Shown here: one piece after another, positions 1 to 11,989 of the stretch
Position numbering within the stretch: the first letter of the stretch is position 1
How the letters are laid out: each line of letters begins with the position of its first letter
Assembly: GCF_003918875.1 (NCBI RefSeq)
Contig: NW_025766962.1
Location: 1,116,001-1,180,000 of the forward strand
Source: Haliotis rubra
Lineage: Eukaryota
DNA: 64,000 nt
Direction: 5' to 3'
Made by a program: the position numbers and the translations under genes
Notes under the pieces: generated by a model
The model's database searches: none
What the model was told of the DNA's origin: nothing
Seen by the model: only the letters and a program-made list of their open reading frames with translations

Positions 1-167
1 TTCTGTATACGGGCCTCTGGCCTTCATGCAATAAACTGATATATACGTCAAGCACGCTCCCCCCCCACACACATTCGTGCGAAACATAGGAAAATAGTGA
101 CATTTCATATACCGTTAAATAAAGCTACAATATAATTATTACATCATAAGTTTCCCCCCTACGCATG

Positions 168-169
<2 letters not shown>

Positions 170-210
<41 letters not shown>

Positions 211-218
211 GCGCGCGC
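170..218. repeat. (CA)n microsatellite followed by (GC)n
   Basis: Directly visible. Confidence 0.95.
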
Positions 219-243
219 ATTAAATGTAGAGAAAAGTTACATC

Positions 244-753
244 TTAAGTTGTACCTACCTTTCTCGCTACATTTTCCGGGAAGCGCAGGTTTCTCGCTGA
301 TGCAAATGTATATTTTTGGATGTAGATGATACCTCCATCGATCTTGATTGAAATCTTTCTGGAGATAGTGTCCTTTAAAGTGACATAGGACACGTTTGGG
401 TTGCCGAACCCGTCGTAGTCATCGTCGCTGTCATCGCTTAACAGGATAACATCGCTTTCGGTTTCGCTGGTAGCGTCATCGTCGAGTTCTGATCTCTGTT
501 TTTGAGTAAGATTACTCAGCGCGTAGACATCGTCATCATCATCATCGTCGTCACAGATCACGATATCAGTATCTTGTGAGGAGCATTCGGGTTCGTTCTT
601 CCAGTTCACCGCTGGTCGCTTTTTCGTTTTCTTCGAAGAAGAACTCGATTCAGCTACTTGGGATGCCTTACGTTTCACACCCCTCTTCTCGACTTCGGCG
701 ACGTCGGCATTGCTGCTAGTGTTGATAGTCTTCTTCTTCTTCAAGATGTCCAT
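244..753 (-). CDS. Acidic/basic nuclear-type protein with NLS-like clusters and two SUMO-interacting-like motifs (putative element cargo)
   Basis: 169-aa ATG ORF with KKKK, KRKAS and KKTKKRP clusters; DIVICDDDDDDD and DVILLSDDSDDD motifs; compact beta-rich C-terminus. Possible donor AAG|GTAGGT near the end. Confidence 0.6.
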   Translation of the reverse strand: MDILKKKKTINTSSNADVAEVEKRGVKRKASQVAESSSSSKKTKKRPAVNWKNEPECSSQDTDIVICDDDDDDDDVYALSNLTQKQRSELDDDATSETESDVILLSDDSDDDYDGFGNPNVSYVTLKDTISRKISIKIDGGIIYIQKYTFASARNLRFPENVARKVGTT

Positions 754-1468
754 GTCGGCGGTGGCGGCGTGTTGGGGTGGTTGGCTGTGTGGTCTGAAGA
801 GAGAATCGGATAGCTTTTATATCGTTACACATAATACAAACACATGAAAAGAATAACAATTAGCGGTGGGACGCGAGAGAGAGAATAACAATAAGCGACG
901 GGGATGCGCGGTGCAGGAAAACATAATTGTTACTAGGGTGGACGGTTTCGGGTCAATAAGGAGGAGCTTATGGGACGTAGGTGTTTGCACGTGTCTACAG
1001 AAAGGAACATAACGAATACACTTACTCGCGCACGATGTAGATATATTCGGGAAAGATCAATATCCTTTCTCATTACACGTCTCGGTATCTCTTCTCCATA
1101 AACAACTGAGGTTTAACGATGTGTATCGTCAAAAAATACAAGTCCTCTCGAGGGTTTGAGTTAAAGAACCACTAAACTTTGTTTTTTGTTACTCTTTTAA
1201 CCATTACATATGAAAGATTTGTGGTTAATCTTATGCGGAACACCAAATTTATTCTTTAAAAACTTGTGGTTAATTAATACCGAGCGATTAAAAGTGGCCA
1301 AAAAGTCGCCTGCTTCCCTCTCGCCCGCCAACGAAACCACAGACAGGTTACGTAACTCTGTCGCCAGAGCACTGCAGTGACGTCATATGAGGAACGATTT
1401 TCAGTTAGGTGTATAGAAAGTGTGTAGCACGCTCATCATTTTGATGATTTCTCGACATGAACGACGAC

Positions 1469-1645
1469 ATGCCGAATCGTTGCTTTGTCGTCAATTGCTC
1501 CTAGGGGTCGGGTGATGGTGTCCCCATGCACAGATTTCCACAGGACCCCGCAGTTCGTGCTAAATGGGTTATGTTTGTGAGTGCGAAGCGAGCGTTGTGG
1601 AAGACTGAAACGATATCTTACTTGTGTTCAGATCGCTTCACGGAA
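1469..1645 (+). pseudogene. THAP zinc-finger domain pseudogene
   Basis: Translates MPNRCFVVNCS*GSGDGVPMHRFPQDPAVRAKWVMFVSAKRALWKTETISYLCSDRFTE. This is the THAP C2CH pattern with a premature TAG at 1502 and His-to-Arg in LCSxHF. Confidence 0.85.
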
Positions 1646-2182
1646 GTTAAAGAATCAAAACTACTTACTAGTTATAGTAAAATATGTATATGATTGATGA
1701 CCATAAAGATTTTCCATAACACAACTTGTAACATAACGATTTCTTCCTCGGAAGTGAGGTTGTGGTCGAAGTAACAATAATATTGTAAGTAGTATTATAT
1801 TGACACCCACCTCGCTGCCAGGAGAGAAATTGTTATGTTATACGCTATCATCATGCAAAATCCTATTGGCCATCAATAAAATACATATTTACTACCAGTA
1901 GAAAGTAGTTTTGATTTTGTAACTCGGTGAAAACAAACCTAAATAGCATTTATCCACAGACTGGCGGATGTTCCCGACAGGGCGCCGCCATTTTTGAAAA
2001 TTGTAGAGTCTGTTAGAATTAATGAGATTACAGTTTGTTTTCATCAAGTTAGAAAATCAAAACTACTTTCTACTCGTAGTTAAATATGTATTGGAATCAT
2101 AACCAAAAGGATTTTGCATGACACAAGTTATAACATAACGATTTCTTCCACGGAAGCGAGGTGGGGGTCGAAGTCACAATAC
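1637..2182. repeat. Three ~150-bp arms of a foldback/MITE repeat in alternating orientation
   Basis: Arms at 1637-1785 (+), ~1790-1940 (-) and ~2030-2182 (+) share ATCAAAACTACT...TAACATAAC..ATTTC...GAGGT.G.GGTC; the repeat interrupts the THAP ORF. Confidence 0.8.
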
Positions 2183-4699
2183 TGCGCGCTAAATTTCTTG
2201 CTACATTCACATGGTTAATGTCCACTCACCAGTATGTAGATACTAGTCAATGTGCGTCTTTATATTTGGTCTTATAATCCTAATTAGTTTATTATCATAC
2301 TTTTATGCATTTTGAAACTAAATAAAAAGCTGACGATCTGCTGATACTTATAGTGAATTTATAACAGAACTGTAATATCTACACATTTGATAGTTTGCCA
2401 ATGTGAATCATAATTCGCACACACACCCTAGTGTATGTTGTCTGTCTCATTACACTTCACGGCGAAAACAATGATTCTGTTGAATGCTACGACAAATGAA
2501 TAAAAACAAAATGCAAATATTAAAATTAAAACAGATTAAAGTTATAGGAACAATATCAGGCCATTACCTTGTTTGAGGAATGTATCCATCAATATCCACA
2601 AAACTGTTCCAAATGATGTGTCTTTTAACAGTTTAATATACGAAAAAGTGATAAATCTTTTCAGGTATTGGTGTATAGTCTCATTGGTCACCCAAGATAG
2701 CACACCTGGCAACTAATTGCATAATGTCCGCCTTTCTTTAAAAACAGTAATTTAGTTAGCCAATAATGGGCAATCAATCAATGTATTGCCGGTTAATCCT
2801 TTGAAAGAAGGACGTTGTTTTTACGCAGACACCGACACGGCAGAGTGTATTCAGTATAGATTAGTAAATCTACATACATAAACACTACCTTTTGACAATT
2901 CCGCTGTGTAAGATAAAAGTAATTAATCAATCAGCGTGTTATCGGTTAATCCTTTGATCGATGTTTATAATGTTGAATATTTACTCCAGACACAAGAAAT
3001 GCCAAATGGGAACCTTTGTCGGGTAATCTAAGTGTGTTACCACTAATTATACCTGTTATAAATTCTTTAACTGACCATCAAGTGAATGATGACAAATAAC
3101 ATGTGTAGGTTTATACCACCGAACACGGGTTACAACAAGGGAGTATTAATTGCTGTATTGCATGTGAAAACTTATGGGCCGACACTGTTTTGAGAATACA
3201 AACAGATTTTTACATGACATGATTAAATATCGAGGTAAAAAAACACAGAAATGGGATCAATTTGGATCAGTCATTATACAAATAGTATAACGACACCAAT
3301 CAATTGTGACAGAAGCGTCTATGGAAACAAGTTGTAACTCTGAAACTAGGCAAAGCAGGAGACAAAATTAAATGCCAGTAGATTGTGAGAACATATAGCT
3401 TTCATTTTCCACAACAATTGTCACGATTTCAGGTTTATACAAGCCTGTAAACAAGATAATTTACCCCCTAAAATGTAGATGAATTCTGCATCGGCCCTCA
3501 AAGCTATTCCTCATATGACGTCACAGAGTCGCGCCGCTCTGATTGGTTGAAATTTCGTTCGCGGGTGAGAATTGTGCACTGTTGTCAAAAAGGTCGATTT
3601 AAGTCAATTAAAGGTCGAAATGAGTAGTTTTAATGACGGGGTTTCATTTATAACGATGCCAGTTAGTGATTTATGTATGTTTACCCCCTAGGGTTTATGT
3701 GACCTTTAATTAATGCACGTGGTCACTTCAACGCCTCTAGATGTATCGTCAAAAAACACGAATCTACGGGTGTGTATGTGATAACTATACTTCCATGGTT
3801 TACTCTAGTTCGAGCAAGGTGGGTGAGCGTTATTAGACGCTACATCAGAGTAACCAGCAATTTGCTAGTAATTAACAGTGATTTCCATGACTGACCGTGT
3901 TCTCTCTCCAAGCGCGCGATGATCCCTAATTTGTTGATTGATGCGCATCCGAGGGATGACAATCAAAACCGGGAGACGGCTGTATTTACACACCCTCAGT
4001 TAAATACTCGTTAACGACGTATTTTCAAAATTCGTACAATTAACCCCGACAAGTGTTGATAAAATACTACTAGATCCACCTCTCGTCACTGAGCATAGAC
4101 GATCTCGCACTGGTGCAGCACGCCGCCATCCCCAAAGACTCCATCGATCTACTCGACAAAGTGTACCGCCAGTGCGTCTTACGTACTATTAACATCAACC
4201 AGCATTACCTAGCTCTGTTTTCCTAACGTCGTGTTTATAATACGTGTGTGTGTGGGAGAGGGAGGGAGAGAGAGGATGTGTGTGTGTGTGCGTGAGTGTG
4301 TGAGTGAGAGAGAGAGTTGCGCGCGTGAAAACTAGATTCGTCTACATTCATGTATAATTATCTTATGAGTGTTTATTCATGAATCATTATGTGCGTGTGT
4401 ATACTAGATTCATGTTTATTCATGTATAATTATGTGATGAGTGATTATTCATATATCATTGTGTGTGTGTGTGTGTGTGTGTGCGTGCTCGCGCGTGAGT
4501 ATGTGGATGTGATTTATAAGTAAAACAAAGTAAATAATAATAATAATAAATGTGAATTCTTACCTTCAGACGATGTTGTTGTTATTGTAGAATATATGGT
4601 TACACATCCTGTATTAGTATCGCTTACATTAGATGAATACACACCCTCACCGTCTATTATAATCTACGACTGCTACTTGATTCCATGTATATCTACAGT

Positions 4700-5402
4700 T
4701 CATCGCGAGCGATGCGGTGTTGTATTGTATGTACCCACTCTGATAGCTGCTCCTTTAATTTGTTCAGATTTGTTTCCACTGATATTGTTAAAGGATTCGT
4801 CTCCTTTTTCTCTTTTAAAGTCCTGTATGAATGCCGAGTATTCATCGCGTGAGCGATATTGATATAGTTCGAATTGCTTAATGTTTCGATCTTCAACTTG
4901 ATCTGTGAGAGTTTTCATGTTGGTCCATACTGACAGCGGAGTATCCAAAAAGAATACGTAGTTACAGTTCCATTGTGGAAAGTTTAGTTTAGCTTCCTCT
5001 GCTTTACTCAAGACGTAACGCTCACTGAATGGTGTCATGTTGAGCATTTTGTATAGGGTTTTGGTGAATACCTTAGCCTAATGGATACCTTTCTCCATCA
5101 AAACGACATCATAATCCTCTATGGGATTCTCACGATATGCTTTACCGATGGAATCCAGTACGTGCAATTGAAATGCAGTGGAGTTCAGTTGAGGGTGTGT
5201 GTAGAACTGTTCCAATGGATTCCATTCACTTCCCGAAACAAATATAAAAAATCCCGAAATGTTGAAAAATAGTCTCTACTGGTTCGAACAGACATAATGT
5301 TCTATTCGTGCCTTGACTGATATCATCCGTGTAGTTGCGTAGAAGAGTGCTTTTACCGCTTGAAATAATGCCGTCGAGAGAAATAACTATAGGTCGCGAC
5401 AT
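4700..5402 (-). pseudogene. Deoxynucleoside kinase (dNK/TK2-dCK family) pseudogene
   Basis: P-loop ISLDGIISSGKSTLL and FEPVE; after a frameshift NPLEQFYTHPQLNSTAFQLHV, VVLMEKGIH* (ERS-like motif with a stop) and YVFFLDTP; intronless. Confidence 0.85.
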
Positions 5403-7018
5403 GGTGAATCGCATAAGTGTATTGAACTTTTCAGTCAGTGTCCCTTTCCAATGACATCAAATTCAACTTCTTCATTGAGATAGCGAACGTGTTGATTTCG
5501 GTGATAATCGGTCTCGTCTTCATTATACAATTTAAACCCACACTACCTGCACTTATGGGATGTTTTTTGTTTTGTTTTTTCGCACTGGTCGATGTAATAC
5601 TCTGCGGTATTGTAGGGGGCGTATTGTTATGAACTCATTGAATGCCACAAACCACGTCTTCTGAGGATGAATCGTCTTGCGTAGATGATATTTTATCCGA
5701 TTGTTGTTGTGTCTTCTCCTTGTAGTTTTCATTCAACATGATGAACGTATATATCTTAGGTTTTGATTTTGTTTTACGTTCGGTGTAGTCTTTATTTTTT
5801 TTTTTTTTTTTAATAAATACTTTCTTAAACGCGTTAATATTCATAAAGTCCAAAAACTAATCATCACACGAAAGTGGGGATTGCTATCTTGTGTGTTAGT
5901 AGGGTTCTCCACTCGACATTTGTCATTCGATTGAGAACAACGAATTCTATACAACACTCGCTGAGAGATGGGTAACCATGTGGGGATGTGTTTGTCTTCG
6001 TTACTTGGTTTACTATGGTGTTTGTCGTTTACCATGACTAGCAGTGTTTGTATTTACTCAATACTACTTCTCTTCAACGCGCGAATGTTCTTTGAAATCT
6101 AACTAATGTCGATTCGGGTTGAAGTGCGTGAGGTGTGACAACAGAGACATAATGTGTTTGTAATTAACCGCAAGTAGGAAATTGGACCTTGAAGTTTTAG
6201 CGGGAGTAATGTTACCCATTCCATTGTTGTACTGATTAGTACGCGTGGGGGTTTATAAGTCGTGATTAGCTCGATACTCTTCCTTCGCTTCATTCTTGTT
6301 GTGATATTCGTACAAATCATGGACCACAATCTCTACGCCAGCGACATTTTTCATCTGTTTGACAGAGAGCTCATTTTGTCAAACGCGTACCTGTGTTCTC
6401 AGATGGGGGAATATCTACGTATAGGATTTAATTATTCATGTAACATAATGCTCGATTCAACTCACACGTCTTACACACACACACACACATAAACACACCG
6501 ATTATCATCTCTTCTACTACAGAGGTTGGTGATATTAATATATCTAATAAGGTAGTGATTAACGCGATTATTCGAATATTGAATATATCACCTTCCCTTG
6601 CATCGAACATTTCTTCTACTATACAGACTAATGATATTAATATGACAAACGAAACTTCTCACATTGCGTATTGATAAAATATGTCTTACCTCATCTTTTT
6701 TCCTGTGTCCCATTTTCAAAGCTTTTGTGATTTTGATGAGCGCTCAATCCCGTACTCTGGTATTCGTCGTAGGGTTCGGTTTTCCCTGCGATCTGGTTAG
6801 GATCCGTGTGTATATAGGACATTGCTTCAGTTGATGGCTTTGTGGGAACCCATGCATGATAAGACCTTTGAACCTGTTTCTTGTTTCCTTACAGCGTCCC
6901 TGATGAAGACCCTGCTTGGCGTTCTTGACGCTTTGAGATGTTATAAAGCATAGTTAAATGCGTCAATATGTCAGTCTATTGTCTCAGTTCCGACACAAAA
7001 ATTTCTTGTATATCAGGA

Positions 7019-7234
7019 TTAGTCCGTGTAGTGCACTCTCTTACACGTGCATGAGTGAATCTTAGAAGATACTTTTTTTTTCTTCACGGTACACTTTCCG
7101 CTATGCGTCAGAAAACGATGGTACGTGTATTTCAATTTGGTTTTGCAATACACACAAGTAAATAGTCCTTGGTAATCTTCACCGTTAGCGTCCACTGGTA
7201 GCAGACCAGAACACGTATCACACAGGTAGGTCAT
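7019..7234 (-). CDS. Small Cys/His-rich putative zinc-binding protein
   Basis: 71-aa ATG ORF: CDTC...CVYC...H...H..C...HSCTC...H plus KKKK; lies next to the element terminus. Confidence 0.45.
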   Translation of the reverse strand: MTYLCDTCSGLLPVDANGEDYQGLFTCVYCKTKLKYTYHRFLTHSGKCTVKKKKVSSKIHSCTCKRVHYTD

Positions 7235-7797
7235 TTTAAACTAAAGTGTAAGCGCTCTAGAATGACATTGGCGCACGCACAACACTCCTTGACGAGATGT
7301 TCAAACTCATATGACTCGACTTTGTCAGTGCTAACGCATGTTCCATCAACGGTGCCGATCTGTACGACTTAAGCTAATTAACTGCCATTATCATTCACAT
7401 TTAATTGTCGTTTTCAAATTCTACAGTTTGGATGTTCTGTTCATACTATAAGAGCACGTGTATATGTAATTAATTAACTGCGGTCTCATTAGAATACTTT
7501 TAACTACGTCTCGATGCCGGACGTCTGTGTACTTTTCTCGTTCGTTTCCCGGGGGTAGGTGATTGTCATAAGCAGCGATGTGTTTATTGTACGACCGGAC
7601 ATCTGTGTACTTTTCTCGCTAGCTTCCCGGGACTGGTGTTTACCCTACGCGGCGAGGTGTTTAATTAGTGGGCGACGGTCGCTCGCCGCAAAATTTGGCA
7701 GAACTCGCTAATTGGGGTATATTCTCTTTTATCGAAAAATTTAACATGGGAATCCCCATTCTAAAAAATTTGTCAGCGTAGCTAATACATAACTACT

Positions 7798-7905
7798 CAG
7801 CCACTAAAGTCTGGAAATCTCTGCCCCAGTACCTGAGAGACTGTGAATCATTGTCATCTTCTAAGACCCAACTCAAAACCTTCCTGTTCGGACTTGCCTT
7901 CTCTA
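7798..7905 (+). mobile_element. L2/CR1-type LINE ORF2 C-terminal fragment
   Basis: Translates ATKVWKSLPQYLRDCESLSSSKTQLKTFLFGLAF, matching the WNSLP...FK..LKT.LF end of L2/CR1 ORF2. Confidence 0.75.
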
Positions 7906-8091
7906 TGTATCGTTTCCCCAGAAATTACTGAGAAAATCTATGTTTCCTAATGCTGATAATGGAATTTATAATAGGTGTTACATGATGTAGTGAGATACTC
8001 AATATGGGAGGCAACTCTTGTAGGCTTAAGAGTGAATCTTACAACATAAAGAGTTATCTCCCCTGGCGCAGCAGACGGCTTCCTTTGTTGA

Positions 8092-8672
8092 CATGGCAGA
8101 TTTGACAGTAGGAGAGAAAAGAAAATGGTTCTAGATGCTTTTGAAAGGTGTGAGACTAATGCAAAAAGAGTTAGATGGTAGACATGACATTCCTCTGTCT
8201 ACAGTATGCAGAACATCGAAGAATATTCAGTCAGGAGTTGGGATTGAGCACAAGACAGGGACAGGGAGGTAAAAAGTTCAGTATTACGGGTCGCCGACGA
8301 CTTGGTCAAATTGTGACATCTTAAATGATCACATCCTTCCAACGGCCTGAACACTGTATGAACATAATTGGATTTTGCAATAATAATTGAACGATCCAAA
8401 ACACATTTCGAGCCACACAAAACAGTGGTTGTCGGAAGAAAATGTTCACGTTTTAGGCTGGCCCAGCAATAGCCAAGATCTAAACCCTATTGAGAATGTG
8501 TGGGGACTAATGAAGGACAGAATAAACCAAAAAGAACGTATTGAGGATATGAAGAAAGAAGTGGTTGAATATTGAGATGCGATGTCAGCTATTTGCTGCA
8601 AACTTTAATTGGTTGTGTCCCTAGGCAGATTCAGTCGTGTATTGCAGGGCAAGGAGGTCTCACAAAGTACTT
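8092..8672 (+). mobile_element. Deleted Tc1-like transposase remnant
   Basis: HTH part (IPLSTVCRT..GTGR), NDPKH...WPSNSQDLNPIENVW and GGLTKY C-terminus, with stops and frameshifts. Confidence 0.85.
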
Positions 8673-8779
8673 AAAAGACACTTGGACTGTAAGAGAATCA
8701 TATCTCAACATATTCATTTAAGTAAAACTTCTATAGTTTATATACATGTATTAGATATTTGCCAGAACCACTTTCTCTT

Positions 8780-9330
8780 TCTGGTAAGGCTCATCATTAG
8801 CTCAGGACCCTTGCCCCCTCAGGACCCTTGCCCAGACAGCGAATGGACGCTTCCCAGTCGAACCCACCAAAAACTTTCCGGAGAATATGTAGGTTCCCCA
8901 ACACTGCAGCCTTCTGCATTACCCAGAGTGTCAGAAGGGCTGTGCTCCCGGTGGAGAACCCGGGCAATATCCTGATCTGCAGCAAGAGTTCAGGAAGTAC
9001 CAAACCAAGGGCACCGAGAACAATGGGGAGTCTGACAACAGTATACTTGGACATTTCAAATGCACATATTTAGCATGCTTTTCCCGATCTTGCCAATCAC
9101 GTTGCTTTCAAAAGGGACAGAAAATTCAATGACATAGATAAATTCTTTATCTTCATCAAAAAGGCCAAGATCAGTTTTTGGGGCTGGAATTCTTCCTAGG
9201 CTGTATATGGGCTTATTCCAAAGACGTTTAAAAGCATCAGCTTCCATGACGCCCTGGACGTGTTTAGGGTCGTATCATGGATGGACCTCGGAGTCAAAGC
9301 AATGGCCACAAGCATGGCGAAGACGATAGC
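8780..9330 (-). mobile_element. R4/Dong-like non-LTR retrotransposon, restriction-like endonuclease C-terminal fragment
   Basis: WNKPI...KTDLGLFD...IYVIEFSVPFESN, then PIVLGALG...MQKAAVLGNLHILRKV. Confidence 0.75.
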
Positions 9331-10050
9331 AGAAGCATGTCGGAAACGGCCCCATCGCTAAATTCCATGAGAAGCTAATTGATGCTACTAAAATGGAATG
9401 GATGTTCCGATTCTGCAATTGGAAATTATGCACTCAACTAGTACAAAACTTAGTGCGCTCTATTACGTGTAAATTTGTTTTGAATTGAAAGTGTATCAGT
9501 TTATTCACGTTTTTGATCAACAAAAACACAGAATATGTTTAAATTAGAGATTTATAGAAAACTCAATTTCCGCATTAACTATGAAGTAAAGCCGAACAAT
9601 TATTTCGGATTACTCACATTTCTTCGGATTACTCCAAATTTTCCACAGCCATGTTTATTAGCCATTTTGAATTGCCAAAAGAGGCTAAGTACCATTGGCT
9701 GAAAGTTCATTTAATTCTAACCCGGATCTTCACGAGATAAATAAATGGGAGTGGTGTAAGACAATAAATATCAACGGCTGGCTAGAACCACACAAATCCA
9801 TTCACATCAATTCACGCAGAGAGTCATTTTGTGCACATGCGAATGTCCATTCCAAGTCGAGTTTAACATGTCCCAGCATCACAACACTATCCACATAAAC
9901 AAGTATGTAGAATCGCAGATGAAGGTTTTATCCGTCTTACTAACAGATATCCTATTACTGGATTCCGTGGTATCGATATGCTGTTACTTATAATGAAAAC
10001 ATGGTCTAAGAAGATATTCCTTGGGTCGTACTAAGTAGTCATTTATCCTA

Positions 10051-10708
10051 CAGTGGAATCGGTCAAATCCAGACTCTGTGTAATCCGGTGTTCTCCATAA
10101 TCCGGACTACTCTCTGAGTTACGCCAAAATTGTTCTTAATTTATCATTTAAGCGTGCTTTATAATCCGGACCCTCTCAATTACGGATTACAGACTAAAAT
10201 AACAGTACCGACAATCAACTTGCAATGAGAACAATGCTTTGTGACCCGGACGTAGCTGACTAAAATAACAGTACCGACAATCAACTTGCTATGAAAACAA
10301 TGCTTTTGTGACCCGGACGTAGCTGACTAAAATAACAGTCCCGACACTTTTTAAACTTGCTATGAGAACAATGCTTTGTAATCCTGTCGCAGCTGAATAA
10401 AAAATAACAGTCCGTTGAATAAACATCTCTGTTACTTCTGTTCACAATGGTTGACTAAAAACATTGTATTACGTGGACATTTACAGAGGCAGAAGCAGTT
10501 CATGTTAACAGACTTCTTCCAATGAAAGTATAAATAATATATTGAGTATAAATAAAAAACAAAACACAACGATTCAAATTGTTGAATGTCCTTAACAAAG
10601 GGAGGTAACTCATCGTGGCAGAGAACACGGTAACGGACAAAAGTAACTGTTGTCTAATCCGGACTGCTTTACAATTCCAGATTTCACCGTAATAGACAGA
10701 TTCCAGTG
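10051..10708. mobile_element. TA-flanked pogo/Tigger-like MITE with internal ~65-bp tandem repeats
   Basis: TA|CAGTGGAATC ... GATTCCAGTG|TA; recurring ATCCGGA motifs; tandem units at 10190-10410. Confidence 0.7.
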
Positions 10709-11663
10709 TATTTCTGTACTGTTTATATTGGTATAAATTAAGCTTTAAAGAAACCGTACTACTGTTTTGACAAATATTGATTTTTGAAGTTATATTTAGA
10801 ATATTAATATAGATACTGTTCAAGCATTAATAGGGATCGTGGAATGTTTCAAGTTAAACGTTTGAGGCTTGAATGACATAAAATCATGAATAACGAATGA
10901 CAGAAAGCACATGCAGTGATTGAGTCAACCGTGATGCTTGAGAGCATGGCGGGCAGGTGCACTTGCATGTTTCGAAGGTTGTCAGTATTGTAGCTGCAGT
11001 GTGCTAGGGATTCACAGACACGCTACTGAGCCCATAGTTGTGACTGCTGTTGTCTCACCACCTGTATGTTCAGGCGTGGCCCTCAACGACCACCTAGGTT
11101 TAACGTAAAGGCACTTCAGGGACAAATCCATTGTTATCAGATCAACTGTCTCTCTAACAGTACTATGTGATTCGTTGTAAAGCATCATGTTACTTATGTC
11201 ATTAAAAACGCAATGGTCCTTGGCAAATATTGTACAGTATTCACAGATACATACATTAATATTATGACACTGGCACTCGAGCAACAGAAGGGTCGACAAT
11301 CGAAATCTCCGTAAATACAGTTATGTGGGCACTGTATTGACCTGTATTAGTGGTATTGTCACCTACATATAGCTGTTCATATCTTCCAGATTACCTGGTT
11401 CAGTGCGTGGACTCCCCCTATGAGACTCGTGAATCTACTGTTAACCGTAACATGGAGATGACATATGAGAAGTACAGATCAGAAAAAGACCTGTTTTGGT
11501 CTGATATACCTCACGAAAAGGCCACAATGGTGACCAAGAAGAAGAAAACTAAACGCAAGAACATGCACTTGCGGACACCTAAACTGTGGGGCAGTTTAAT
11601 GCAAACACCACGACATGCATTCAGGAAGAAGAAAAAAGTCACAAGTCACCATGTCCCAAAGGT

Positions 11664-11678
11664 ACACACACACACACA

Positions 11679-11709
<31 letters not shown>

Positions 11710-11745
11710 GCACTCACACACACACACACATACATACATACATAC
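11664..11745. repeat. Compound (CA)n/(GCAC)n/(TACA)n microsatellite
   Basis: Directly visible. Confidence 0.95.
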
Positions 11746-11989
11746 TTCAATTCATCCGTGCAGGTGGATATGGGGTTGAAACGACGGCGAGTCGTCAAAT
11801 TGCACTTAGCTGTTGATATGTGTTATGTCGACAGTAGTGAGTGAGTGAATTAATATTTAACGTCACATCGACAATATTTCAGCCATACCGTGACGTGAAC
11901 AATCTATACATTAAACCTAAATAAACCTTTACCATAAAACGCTGTCGTCAAAGGACAGTTGTAATTCCTCAGTATGAATTCATTTTTCA

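Larger units (their letters stand above)
1165..3705 (+). mobile_element. Kolobok-like DNA transposon remnant nested in the Polinton-like element
   Basis: TTAA at 1161-1164 and 3706-3709; AG...CT ends with imperfect TIRs (AGAACCACTAAAC vs AGGTCACATAAAC); exact subterminal inverted repeat GTGACGTCATATGAGGAA at 1377-1394 and 3507-3524; contains a THAP pseudogene. Confidence 0.55.
1..7797. mobile_element. Terminal segment of a Polinton/Maverick-like element (right end at 7797; remainder lies left of the window)
   Basis: CpG-rich, compact small ORFs. Ends ...TACATAACTACT, i.e. AGTAGT on the minus strand, the (AGT)n microsatellite terminus typical of Polintons. GC-rich subterminal zone with a near-identical direct repeat CCGGAC(G/A)TCTGTGTACTTTTCTCG at 7517 and 7596. 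Sharp junction into a LINE remnant at 7798. No pPolB, integrase or capsid gene is visible in the window. Confidence 0.55.

Noticed and set aside
11350-11844. 164-aa ORF as a protein-coding gene
   Set aside because: GTG start, runs through a microsatellite, no recognisable domain
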